From the NCBI GenBank assembly GCA_045594785.1, contig JAZNZE010000038.1:5784-69783 (forward strand): 64,000 bases of DNA, read 5' to 3'. Source of the stretch: Eubacteriales bacterium (GTDB lineage Bacteria; Bacillota; Clostridia; Oscillospirales; CAG-272). Below the pieces are notes generated by a model. That model saw only the letters and a program-made list of their open reading frames with translations, searched no databases and was not told the DNA's origin. The position numbers and the translations under genes were made by a program. This document shows positions 9,525 through 17,987 of this stretch, in pieces; the stretch's first letter is position 1; every line of letters begins with the position of its first letter.

Positions 9525-11267
9525 TTGAAAACACTTTTAGAACTTTTAAAACCCTACCGAAAAAGACTTATTACCGTTGCATTAATTGATGCTTTCGGTA
9601 TAATAACGTCTCTTCTTATGCCATTTTTTATGAGTGAAATCGTAGAGAGCGGCATAGCAAAAAACAACATAAATCTCGTGTGGAAATATGCCGCGGTTAT
9701 GGTTATTCTTGCCGCCCTTTCCATATCCGGAAGCGTTCTTTCGGAAAAGCTTAATACCTCTATTTCTACACGCTATACCTCAGACGTATGCAAAACAACC
9801 TTCAAAAAAATAAACGCTCTTTCCTACAGCGATTATTCAAAAATAGGACCCTCCGGTCTTCTGACGAGGGCAACGGACGATATATTCAACATTGAGGAGG
9901 CTGCAACAAGCCTTACTTATATGCTTGTTTCCGTTCCGATAATGTTTATCGGCTCTGCAGTTTTGGCATTTATGGCAGACGCTGTGCTTTCGCTGGTTTT
10001 TCTGCTATCTATCCCGCCCGTTTTGCTATTGGTATCCATAATTATGAAACCTCTTTATTCAATGTGGGATAAATCGGATAAGTACATTGACGTGCAGAAT
10101 AAAATCGTCAGAGAACGGCTTTCATGCCTGAGAGTAGTACGGGCATTCAATAACGAAAAGAAAGAGCATTCGCGCGCTAAGTTTGCAACCGAGGAAATGT
10201 CAAAATACATGATACGCGCAAATACCAGGGGCGGCTCTGTTGAGGCAATTGCAATGCTTCTGCTCAATCTAGCCACGGTTGCCGTGCTGTATTTCGGTAC
10301 ACTAAGAGCAGAAAACTCCGCTATGCTCGGAGCAGGTGACGTTATTGCGGTACTGCAATATATCGCGATAATATCGAATGCACTTATCAGCCTTTCCTGG
10401 ACGCTTACCTGGTTGCCGAGACTCAAAGTTTCGGTAAAGCGAATAAACGAAATCCACTCACTTCCTTCAGAAGAAAAAACAGTTAAGTCGGAAGGCTCGG
10501 TTGAAGACTTTGATATTGAGCTTTCGAACGTTTCGTTTACCTACCCTAACTCGAACGGTGAGGCGCTTCACAACATCTCTATGTCTGTAAAAGAGGGCGA
10601 GCGTATCGCGATAATTGGAGGAACGGGAAGTGGAAAAACAACGCTTATCAGACTTCTTTCGGGGCTTTTTGATGCCACCACGGGTGAAATTAGGCTCGGC
10701 GGCAAGACGTATGGCTCTCTTTCAAAAGCCGAAATAAGAACGCACTATTCCGTGGCTCTTCAGAAAGCTATGATTTTCGAAGGAACTATCCGTGAAAACA
10801 TAAAAATGGGTAAGCCCGATGCAACCGATGAAGAAATTATGAAGGTGCTGCAGCTTTCGAAAATGAGTGAATTCACAAATTCACATCCGGAAGGCCTTGA
10901 TTACCTTCTCGTTGGTATGGGACAAAACGTAAGCGGAGGTCAGAAGCAGCGTCTCAATATGGCGCGTGCCGTCATCAAAAATGCCGATATATACCTCTTT
11001 GACGATAGCTTCAGCGCGCTTGACTTTCTAACAGAAAGCGAGATACGCGAAAATTACCTTTCGCTTCTGAGAGGCAAAACTCAGATAATTGTCACTCAAA
11101 GAATAAGCACGGCTATGAGCGCTGAGCGAATATACGTTATGAACGATGGAAGCATTATTGATTTCGGAAGTCACACCGAGCTTCTTTCATCCTGTGACAT
11201 TTACAGAGAAATTGCCGAATCTCAGCTTGGAAAAAATGCATTTGGAGGTGAGGCATATGAAAAATAA
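9525..11267 (+). CDS. ABC exporter, fused permease/ATPase, partner with degenerate catalytic site
   Basis: TTG start after GGAGG. Six-TM N-terminal half, Walker A GGTGSGKTT, signature VSGGQKQR, Walker B YLFDDSFSALD (Asp in place of the catalytic Glu). Confidence 0.85.
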   Translation: MKTLLELLKPYRKRLITVALIDAFGIITSLLMPFFMSEIVESGIAKNNINLVWKYAAVMVILAALSISGSVLSEKLNTSISTRYTSDVCKTTFKKINALSYSDYSKIGPSGLLTRATDDIFNIEEAATSLTYMLVSVPIMFIGSAVLAFMADAVLSLVFLLSIPPVLLLVSIIMKPLYSMWDKSDKYIDVQNKIVRERLSCLRVVRAFNNEKKEHSRAKFATEEMSKYMIRANTRGGSVEAIAMLLLNLATVAVLYFGTLRAENSAMLGAGDVIAVLQYIAIISNALISLSWTLTWLPRLKVSVKRINEIHSLPSEEKTVKSEGSVEDFDIELSNVSFTYPNSNGEALHNISMSVKEGERIAIIGGTGSGKTTLIRLLSGLFDATTGEIRLGGKTYGSLSKAEIRTHYSVALQKAMIFEGTIRENIKMGKPDATDEEIMKVLQLSKMSEFTNSHPEGLDYLLVGMGQNVSGGQKQRLNMARAVIKNADIYLFDDSFSALDFLTESEIRENYLSLLRGKTQIIVTQRISTAMSAERIYVMNDGSIIDFGSHTELLSSCDIYREIAESQLGKNAFGGEAYEK

Positions 11268-13035
11268 AAATACTGTAAAATCCGTAATTTTCAGAATAGT
11301 CAAGGATGCTGCGCCGATAGCGCATTGGCTGATTTTCGCCACCGTTTTCAGTATTATTTCCGCAATTCTTTCTATGACTGCGCCTGAGCTTATAGGCTCG
11401 CTTACCAACCGCATTTACGACCTTGCAAACAATGGAATACCAATAGAAAAATCCGAGTTTATCAAGGAAATAATTTTTCTCGCGCTGGTATACGTAATCT
11501 CAGCTATATTCGGTGTGCTCACCACGGCGGTTATGAATTATTCGGTAACTAACCATTTCACCTGCCGTATGAGAATACGAATGAGTGAAAAAATTTCAAA
11601 AATCCCCGTAAAAACCGTAGACACAACTCCAAACGGAGAGATAATCTCCAGAATGACTCATGACGTTTCGGTTATGGGTGGGTCTATTCATAATATTTTC
11701 AGCGTAATCATAAACGGAGTTATAAGACTTGCCATAATCAGTTTTATTATTTTTGCTGCAAATCCCATAATGGCACTTACCGTCATTGTGTTTGTGCCTG
11801 CCTCTATGATAGTATCCGCTCTGCTCGCTTCAAAAAGTGAGAAGCACTTTAACAATTCGCGTGCAGCCTCGGGAAAAATCTATTCGCTATGCGAAGAAAA
11901 TCTGACCGGATTCGATTCGGTAAAAATTTTCTCTATCGAGAATTCGCAGAACGAAAGATACGGAAAACTTCTGAAGGAGTATACCGAGCATTCGGAGAGA
12001 GGAATATTTGTTTCGGGCATTGTGCGTCCCATCGTTTCACTCATAAACAACCTTTCCTACGTAGCAATATGTATTATCGGCTCGTATCTTGTAATAGGCG
12101 ACAAGGTTACGGTTGGTTCGTTAGTTGCGTTTCTGATGTATACCAAGCTATTCTCCGGTCCGCTCGAAAGCATTGCAAGCGGTATGTCAATGATGCAATC
12201 TACAGTCGCTTCCGCTAAGCGCGTTTACGATTATCTTGACGGTGAAGAAATCACAGAACAGCAGGAAAAAGAAATTAACGAGGTTCGCGGAGAGGTAAAA
12301 TTCGAGAACGTAAGCTTCTCTTACAAGGAAGAGGCACCGCTAATCGAAGACCTAAATCTGCTTGTCACTCCTGGGCAAAAGGTTGCAATCGTAGGTCCTA
12401 CGGGTGGTGGAAAAACCACAATTGTAAATCTGCTTATGCGTTTTTACGACCCTCAAAGCGGCAAAATTCTAGTTGACGGAGAGGATATTCTCAAGCTAAA
12501 CCGCGCTGACGTGCGCAAAGTTTTCGGAATGGTGCTTCAGGATACTATGCTATTTTCGGGTACTGTGTACGATAATATAGCATACGGCAAAGAAAATGCA
12601 ACAAGAGAAGAGGTTATGGAGGCTGCCGGACGTGCGCATATCGACCTTTTCATTAATTCCCTGCCTGACGGTTATGATACACAGATAAACGAGGACAGCA
12701 CGAACATAAGTGCGGGACAAAAGCAGCTCTTGACGATAGCCAGAGCCTATCTTTCGAACCGTCCGATTCTTATTCTTGACGAGGCCACTAGCAACGTTGA
12801 CACACGCACCGAGCTAATCATACAAAAAACCATGGATGACCTCATGCGTGGAAGAACTGCTTTCGTAATAGCTCACAGACTTTCCACAATAGAAAATGCT
12901 GATATAATTCTCGTAGTCGATAATGGCAAAATTGCCGAGCGCGGAACGCATAAAGAGCTTATTGAAAAGGGTGGACTTTATGCAAAAATGCATAACAGTC
13001 AATACCCGAAAGCTCTTCCTCACAAGAACGTGTAA
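11257..13035 (+). CDS. ABC exporter, fused permease/ATPase, consensus-site partner
   Basis: Start trimmed to MKNKNTV (11257) after GGAGGTGAGG, overlapping the upstream stop. Walker A GPTGGGKTT, signature SAGQKQ, Walker B ILILDEATSNVD. Confidence 0.85.
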   Translation: MKNKNTVKSVIFRIVKDAAPIAHWLIFATVFSIISAILSMTAPELIGSLTNRIYDLANNGIPIEKSEFIKEIIFLALVYVISAIFGVLTTAVMNYSVTNHFTCRMRIRMSEKISKIPVKTVDTTPNGEIISRMTHDVSVMGGSIHNIFSVIINGVIRLAIISFIIFAANPIMALTVIVFVPASMIVSALLASKSEKHFNNSRAASGKIYSLCEENLTGFDSVKIFSIENSQNERYGKLLKEYTEHSERGIFVSGIVRPIVSLINNLSYVAICIIGSYLVIGDKVTVGSLVAFLMYTKLFSGPLESIASGMSMMQSTVASAKRVYDYLDGEEITEQQEKEINEVRGEVKFENVSFSYKEEAPLIEDLNLLVTPGQKVAIVGPTGGGKTTIVNLLMRFYDPQSGKILVDGEDILKLNRADVRKVFGMVLQDTMLFSGTVYDNIAYGKENATREEVMEAAGRAHIDLFINSLPDGYDTQINEDSTNISAGQKQLLTIARAYLSNRPILILDEATSNVDTRTELIIQKTMDDLMRGRTAFVIAHRLSTIENADIILVVDNGKIAERGTHKELIEKGGLYAKMHNSQYPKALPHKNV

Positions 13036-13063
13036 AAATGCTTTTTACCAATTCTGCAAAAAG

Positions 13064-13103
13064 AAAATGCAAAAATCCTTTTCTAAGGATTTTTGCATTT
13101 TTA
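13064..13103. terminator. Bidirectional intrinsic terminator
   Basis: AAAATGCAAAAATCCTT (13064-13080) pairs with AAGGATTTTTGCATTTT (13085-13101), a perfect 17-bp stem flanked by A/T runs. Confidence 0.8.
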
Positions 13104-13140
13104 TTCATAATATGTAATCTTTAGTTGTCATAAACGGCAT

Positions 13141-13962
13141 TTATATTGCTATAGTTCCATTTTCTATATCAAATATGATTTTTGCAATAGCATGATGCTC
13201 ATTATCGACCGTTACATAATCAGCCACAGCTTTAACCTCTTCCTTCGCATTTTCGACAGCAACTCCCACTCCTGCAGAAACAAGCATTGCAATATCGTTA
13301 TTATAATCGCCTATAGCTACAGTCTTTTTCATATCTATAGAAAGATATTCCGCCAGTCTCGGCAAAACGCTTCCCTTGCTGATACCCTTAGGCAAAATTT
13401 CATAAAGCTTTTTTTCGGAACGAATAAAGCTGAATTCGTCAGCCCTTGGATGATTTGCCAGCAGCTCTTGAACCTGCAAAAGAGCTTCTTCACGAACGTC
13501 ACCGAAAATTATTTTTGCAATCGGCTCATCAACCTCATCATACGATTTTACAACGTTTGGAGTTCCGGTCAAAGTACGGAAAATCTCCATAGCTGAATTT
13601 TCTCTTGAAAAGTATATTTTATCAAAGGTATTTACCTGAATACCGATTCCCTCAACGCGCTCGTCAACGTACTTTACAAGCTCAAGCGCAGAACGAGAAA
13701 GCGGCTGCGTCCATATATACTCTTTTCTGACGTGGTCATATAGCGCACCGCCATTAATGCAGCCAAAGGGGGCATTCGGATGAATGATATCGCAAATACC
13801 CAAAGAAGTGTATGGAACACGACCTGTTATAAAGGTAAATATTCCCCCTTCAGATTTAAAATACTCTATCGCATTGAGATTTTCCTCTGAAACGCTCTTG
13901 TCCCCCCTAAGCAAAGTTCCGTCAAGGTCTGTACAAATCAAAATTCCTTCAAATTTTTTCAT
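13141..13962 (-). CDS. Cof-type HAD-IIB hydrolase
   Basis: DLDGTLL motif I and GDYNNDIAM motif IV; 273 aa. Confidence 0.8.
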   Translation of the reverse strand: MKKFEGILICTDLDGTLLRGDKSVSEENLNAIEYFKSEGGIFTFITGRVPYTSLGICDIIHPNAPFGCINGGALYDHVRKEYIWTQPLSRSALELVKYVDERVEGIGIQVNTFDKIYFSRENSAMEIFRTLTGTPNVVKSYDEVDEPIAKIIFGDVREEALLQVQELLANHPRADEFSFIRSEKKLYEILPKGISKGSVLPRLAEYLSIDMKKTVAIGDYNNDIAMLVSAGVGVAVENAKEEVKAVADYVTVDNEHHAIAKIIFDIENGTIAI

Positions 13963-14144
13963 TTTTAATCCTTACAAAAAATTATTTGCGGTAATATTCC
14001 GACATACAATTGAAATTTTAAAAAGATTCTGAAATAACCTCAGAAACAACCAAATAAATTTTATAGCAACAATTTAGATAAAAAGATTTTTGCGTTTTTC
14101 GTTCGGGTTTGAACTGACGACTCCTAATCACGCCTTTGGCATGG

Positions 14145-14275
14145 ATATCATCAACACGGAGTGTTGTATATCACCAATTCCAGAGGAATTGTATATCATC
14201 AAGCCACCGGAATACACGCTTCGCGTGATGATATGCAACTTCGGTGATGAGATACACGCTAAAGAGTGATGATAT
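14145..14275. repeat. Palindromic motif array: three ATATCA(T/C)CA copies followed by three inverted TGATGA(T/G)AT copies, interleaved with short hairpins
   Basis: Forward copies at 14145-14153, 14168-14176 and 14193-14201. Inverted copies at 14226-14234, 14245-14253 and 14267-14275. Interleaved hairpins include CAACAC/GTGTTG, CAATTCC/GGAATTG, CACGC/GCGTG and CCAAGCC/GGCTTGG. Confidence 0.6.
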
Positions 14276-14295
14276 ACCAAGCCTGTGGCTTGGAT

Positions 14296-14329
14296 AAAAA
14301 AATACGAGGACAGTGTCCTCGTATTTTTT
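14296..14329. terminator. Bidirectional intrinsic terminator downstream of tRNA-Ser
   Basis: ACGAGGAC (14304-14311) pairs with GTCCTCGT (14315-14322), flanked by A7 and T7 runs. Confidence 0.8.
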
Positions 14330-14419
14330 TGGCGGAGAAGAAAGGATTTGAACCTTCGCGCCGGTTGCCCGACCTACACCCTTAGCAGGGGCGCCTCTTC
14401 ACCACTTGAGTACTTCTCC
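14330..14419 (-). tRNA. tRNA-Ser (anticodon GCT), CCA encoded
   Basis: Reverse complement reads GGAGAAG...CTGCTAA...long variable arm...GGTTCAAATCC...CTTCTCCGCCA. It has a 7-bp acceptor stem, a T-loop and a long extra arm. Confidence 0.9.
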
Positions 14420-14456
14420 ATATAACACAAGCCGTGGTTCGATTGCTTGCCGAATT

Positions 14457-14485
14457 ATTATATCAAGTTTTTTTGAGTTTGTCAA
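14457..14485 (-). promoter_or_regulatory. Consensus promoter for tRNA-Ser
   Basis: On the minus strand: TTGACA (14485-14480), 17-nt spacer, TATAAT (14462-14457). Confidence 0.75.
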
Positions 14486-14525
14486 TAGATTTTATAAAAT
14501 TGTAGTGCAATATTTTTAAAACTTC

Positions 14526-14554
14526 TTGACAATGCCATATTTTTATGATATTAT
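14526..14554 (+). promoter_or_regulatory. Promoter for tRNA-Leu
   Basis: TTGACA (14526-14531), 17-nt spacer, TATTAT (14549-14554). Divergent from the tRNA-Ser promoter. Confidence 0.7.
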
Positions 14555-14599
14555 ATTGAAGCACGAAATCAATTTAATTATCCAATCAGCTTTTCGCAA

Positions 14600-14684
14600 G
14601 CGGACGTGGCGGAATTGGCAGACGCGCTGGTTTCAGGTTCCAGTGAAGCAATTCATGTGGGTTCAAGTCCCGTCGTCCGCACCA
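14600..14684 (+). tRNA. tRNA-Leu (anticodon CAG), CCA encoded
   Basis: GCGGACG acceptor pairs with CGTCCGC. Anticodon loop TTCAGGT, long variable arm, T-loop GGTTCAAGTCC. Confidence 0.9.
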
Positions 14685-14692
14685 AGCAAAAG

Positions 14693-14722
14693 AGGTACAG
14701 CCCTTGAGGTTGTACCTTTTTT
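14693..14722 (+). terminator. Intrinsic terminator after tRNA-Leu
   Basis: AGGTACA (14693-14699) pairs with TGTACCT (14711-14717), followed by TTTTT. Confidence 0.7.
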
Positions 14723-14817
14723 GATTTATAAGGATGGAGGGACTTGAAGGGGAGCGGTAGTGAATGACAGCCTAAATGGCTGTCAGAGCAGTGGAAAGGC
14801 TTTGCCCGCAGGCAAAG

Positions 14818-14984
14818 AAGTCCCGTCGTCCGCACCAGGTAAAGACCGAGAGATATTCGGTCTTTATTTTTTTGCTTATTCAGCGGTCTTCTCCCGGATA
14901 ACGACAGGACAGAGTTCGGCTACCGCCTCACTCTTCGCTCTAAAAACAGTTATCAACTGTTTTTAGAGCGAGCGACATCGTCCG
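14818..14984 (+). repeat. Direct repeat copy A (tRNA 3' end + terminator + ~110 nt); partner at 19334-19500
   Basis: Hand alignment shows near identity: one substitution in the first ~140 nt, then a few changes around 14962-14970. Confidence 0.85.
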
Positions 14985-15034
14985 TAACAGCAAAATAAGC
15001 ACAGCACTTGCGGTTGTGCTTGTTTTTTGTATAA

Positions 15035-15068
15035 CAAAAAAGGGAGAATGCGAAATTGCATTCCGCCC
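15035..15068 (-). terminator. Intrinsic terminator of the Fic/GIY-YIG operon
   Basis: On the minus strand: GGGCGGAATGC-aatttc-GCATTCTCCC followed by TTTTTTG. Confidence 0.7.
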
Positions 15069-15075
15069 TTAAAAT

Positions 15076-15930
15076 TCAATTTAGGTTTAATCCAAACTCT
15101 CGCGTAAGCAAAACTTCTTTCCAGTGGCTTTCACGACTTATTATGTATTCATTTCCGAGATTCATATTGCAAACTTCTAAAATCGAATATTTAAAGTTAT
15201 ACCTGTAATCTTCACCGTTAATCTTAAGAAGCTCTTTCAATTCTACGTTTCCACCATGACCGTCTTTAGCATAATTTGACCAACGTTGCCATATGCACTC
15301 ATCTCCATATGCGCTTCCAACATACTGTTTTCCTGTATGCGTATCAACAATCAAATATATACCTTTTACGTTTGAAAGCGCTGACTTCCAAGAAAGGATA
15401 TTATCCGAAACAATATACTTAAGGGTTTTATAGTCTATGTTGACAGAATCGAAGCCTAAAAAATCAGATAGAGCTACACGTTTATCAAGTATGTGAGATA
15501 GTGGCATTTCTGCTATAGGTTCGCCATTTTTAGGGTCTAATTCTAAGGTTGGATAGGAGGCGCGAAACTCTTTTTTAAATTTTAAAAATGCCCTTCCTAT
15601 ATATTCGGCAGCTTTCTCCGTCAGTTTGGTTTGATATCGCCACCCTTTCCAACCGTTATCATTTTCTACGGGTGTTGGCTCAACAGGCAATACCTTGTAA
15701 ATTCCACCAAACATCCAAATATCCTTTTCGTAATAAATCAAAGACAGAATATATTGTCTGCTCCAGTTTTTGCCTGTCTGGTGCTCTTGCCAATCCTTAA
15801 AATTATCTATCAAAAAAGCATTATACGGCTCTTTTCTATTATCTCCTCCTATTGCAAAATGTACCTTATATTTTGTAAAATCTTCTTTTTGAATTTGTAA
15901 TAGCTCACATAAATTTATCATATTATCCAA
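15076..15930 (-). CDS. GIY-YIG nuclease-domain protein with an uncharacterised ~190-aa N-terminal domain
   Basis: C-terminal KGIYLIVDTHTGKQYVGSAYG...IWQRWSNY...NVELK...FKYSILE matches the GIY-(X10)-YVG, R and E/N layout of GIY-YIG. RBS GGAG. Start is 4 nt after the Fic stop. Confidence 0.7.
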   Translation of the reverse strand: MDNMINLCELLQIQKEDFTKYKVHFAIGGDNRKEPYNAFLIDNFKDWQEHQTGKNWSRQYILSLIYYEKDIWMFGGIYKVLPVEPTPVENDNGWKGWRYQTKLTEKAAEYIGRAFLKFKKEFRASYPTLELDPKNGEPIAEMPLSHILDKRVALSDFLGFDSVNIDYKTLKYIVSDNILSWKSALSNVKGIYLIVDTHTGKQYVGSAYGDECIWQRWSNYAKDGHGGNVELKELLKINGEDYRYNFKYSILEVCNMNLGNEYIISRESHWKEVLLTREFGLNLN

Positions 15931-15934
15931 CTCC

Positions 15935-16957
15935 TTATTTCAGTATTTTCCAGCTTCCGTTTTTCTTGCCGCCTACGCGCTCTAGGATTCCGCGTTCTTG
16001 CATTGATTTTACTGCGGTTTTTACTGTACGAGGGGATTTGCCTATTCTTTCGGCAACCTCGTCGAGCGTGATGCTAGGATTTGCGCGGAGAATTTCGATA
16101 ATAGCATTTTCTCGGTCGTTGACAATGGTGGCGGGCTCTATCGGCTCTTTGTAAGCGACGTGCATTTCTCTGTTAGAAAGAATATTGTCTTCAGCGAGAA
16201 GAAGATTTCGAAGGAATAGTTCTACGTAGTAGGTCGTTTCGGTAACGCCTTTTTCACGGTTGTTGTAGTTGGCTCTTACAAGTGCGTTTCTGAAATACCA
16301 GGAATTTTCTGCGAATATATCGTTAGTTACGTTAAAACCAAGCTTTGAAAGATACTTTATGAGGAAGACAGCAGTAGTTCTAGTGTTGCCCTCGCCAAAG
16401 ATATGAATCTGCCAGAGATTAGATATAAATCTCGCAACGTGCTTGATAACGTCTTCGGTAGATAGACCTTTATAATCGAAATTCTTTTCTACACCGAAGT
16501 CGTACTCCAAGGTTTCACGTAGATTTATAGCGTTACCGTAAATAACGGTATCTCCATCAAGCACCCATTCGTCTTTTGTGATATTATAATCTCTAATTCT
16601 TCCGGCATGCGAGTATATACCTTCGAAGAGACGCTTATGGATTGTGGTAAACTCGATAGGAGAGAATACAAAGGATTTTTCGGATATTATCTCGGCTATA
16701 CGTACAGATACTTTGTCCGCTTCTTCTGCGCGCTCTGACTTTGCCTTATTCTCTTTGTAATATGAAGTTATGAGCTTATGTGCATCATCGAAGCTTATGT
16801 CACCGTCAATGTGCTGCTCAGCGGTTTTTATGAGGTATTCAGACGGCTCAAGTCCGTCAACCTTTTGCAGTCCTATTGCGGTTTTCCATGCGTAAGTCTT
16901 ATAGTATTTAGTTGGTTCTTTTTCTCTTGAGTATTCTTCAAAGATTTCGTCTTTCAT
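15935..16957 (-). CDS. Fic/Fido-domain protein with N-terminal VbhA-like segment and C-terminal winged-HTH
   Basis: Fic motif variant HIFGEGNTRTTA. N-terminal GLQKVDGLEPSEYL...IDGDISFDDA resembles the antitoxin/inhibitory helix region. C-terminal ILRANPSITLDEVAERIGKSPRTVKTAVKSMQERGIL is wHTH-like. Start trimmed to MKDEIF (16957) after GGAG. Confidence 0.75.
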   Translation of the reverse strand: MKDEIFEEYSREKEPTKYYKTYAWKTAIGLQKVDGLEPSEYLIKTAEQHIDGDISFDDAHKLITSYYKENKAKSERAEEADKVSVRIAEIISEKSFVFSPIEFTTIHKRLFEGIYSHAGRIRDYNITKDEWVLDGDTVIYGNAINLRETLEYDFGVEKNFDYKGLSTEDVIKHVARFISNLWQIHIFGEGNTRTTAVFLIKYLSKLGFNVTNDIFAENSWYFRNALVRANYNNREKGVTETTYYVELFLRNLLLAEDNILSNREMHVAYKEPIEPATIVNDRENAIIEILRANPSITLDEVAERIGKSPRTVKTAVKSMQERGILERVGGKKNGSWKILK

Positions 16958-17147
16958 GCAAATCTCCAATCTTTCGCTAATATTGAATAAATTTTCGGAA
17001 TCGTGTTTACACGACAATTTAGAACAAGGCTCCAAATTGCGAAAATTTGTGCGTGAACCTCACACAGCGATAACAAGATTTAATTACATTTTCACGCTGC
17101 ACTCACGAGTTTTTTATTATACATATATAGTATACCACAATTTTCTC

Positions 17148-17205
17148 TAAAGTGCAATACTTAAAGTGCAACTTTTTGCTTTTTGCACTTAAAATTTGCA
17201 CTTTA
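17148..17205. promoter_or_regulatory. Four-site operator-like array: 2x TAAAGTGCAA followed by 2x inverted TTGCACTT(T/A)A
   Basis: Sites at 17148-17157, 17162-17171, 17183-17192 and 17196-17205, with a weaker fifth (CTGCAGTTTTA) at 17210-17220. Lies just upstream of the Fic operon extended -10 (TGgTATACT, minus strand ~17129-17137). Confidence 0.5.
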
Positions 17206-17342
17206 AAATCTGCAGTTTTAAAATCGCTCTTCTTTAAGGCTGTATAATTTTTTTGCCATACTACGATAAAAAGAAATCGCTTGAAGTGTCGCAGATCTAG
17301 GCGATAATTGGGCAGAAAGCATAATAAAACTATTGAAAACGC

Positions 17343-17371
17343 TTGATTAAATTGCGATGCTATGGTATACT
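17343..17371 (+). promoter_or_regulatory. Promoter of the zinc-ribbon gene
   Basis: TTGATT (17343-17348), 17-nt spacer, TGg-TATACT (17366-17371). Confidence 0.6.
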
Positions 17372-17408
17372 AGTTACACATTAAGCGTATCATCAAGGAG
17401 GACAAGCT

Positions 17409-17975
17409 ATGTTTTGCAAAAATTGTGGTAAAGAAATAGCAGACGATTCGAAGTTTTGCAATTTTTGTGGCAGTGAACAGCAATCAGCTACGGCTATTTC
17501 CGAGAATAATCCATCAACCGAAGACGAGAAAACGAATAAAACGTTGTGGGCAATATTTGGGGGATGTTTAATTTTTGTTTTTATTATTGTACTCATAATT
17601 GTGGGTGCCACAAACGGTGATTCCTCCACCCAAACGAACCCATCTTATTCTAATTCTTCATCTACTCAAGGCACTACACGCAGTGCAAAAACATCAGATT
17701 TAGTTATTGTGTTCAAGAAAATCGACAATTATTTTGAATATGATGATTTTTATATGGTTATACAAGCACAAGAAAAAATCACAAATCTAAAGTTAAGCAT
17801 TGACTATAAAACCAGTTCTGGGAAAATCGTAAAAACCAAAATCATAAATGTAGGAAAGGTTGTTCCCGGTAATGAGTATAAGTTTGAATTAGACCAAAGC
17901 GGCATAGATTGGGATTATTTAGATAAAGTTTCTAAATTCTCGTACTCAATCGTTAGTGGTACGGTAGATGAATGA
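17409..17975 (+). CDS. Zinc-ribbon membrane protein (N-terminal CxxC...CxxC, one TM, extracellular beta-rich domain)
   Basis: MFCKNCGKEIADDSKFCNFCG zinc ribbon, hydrophobic LWAIFGGCLIFVFIIVLIIVGA segment, strong RBS AAGGAGG. Confidence 0.7.
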   Translation: MFCKNCGKEIADDSKFCNFCGSEQQSATAISENNPSTEDEKTNKTLWAIFGGCLIFVFIIVLIIVGATNGDSSTQTNPSYSNSSSTQGTTRSAKTSDLVIVFKKIDNYFEYDDFYMVIQAQEKITNLKLSIDYKTSSGKIVKTKIINVGKVVPGNEYKFELDQSGIDWDYLDKVSKFSYSIVSGTVDE

Positions 17976-17987
17976 TTTTCATACTTC

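Noticed and set aside
14745-14837. Possible second tRNA or tRNA-like gene ending in ...GTCGTCCGCACCA
   Set aside because: It contains hairpins (GACAGCC/GGCTGTC and CTTTGCC/GGCAAAG) and the CCA end, but has no complementary 5' acceptor strand, D-arm or T-loop. It is interpreted as an att-core remnant.
14526-14966. ORF-track ORFs 14526-14747 and 14760-14966 (also 17968-18303, 18017-18223 and 19255-19563)
   Set aside because: They translate through the tRNA-Leu gene, its 3'-end fragments and terminator hairpins. The identical peptide stretches simply reflect the DNA direct repeat.
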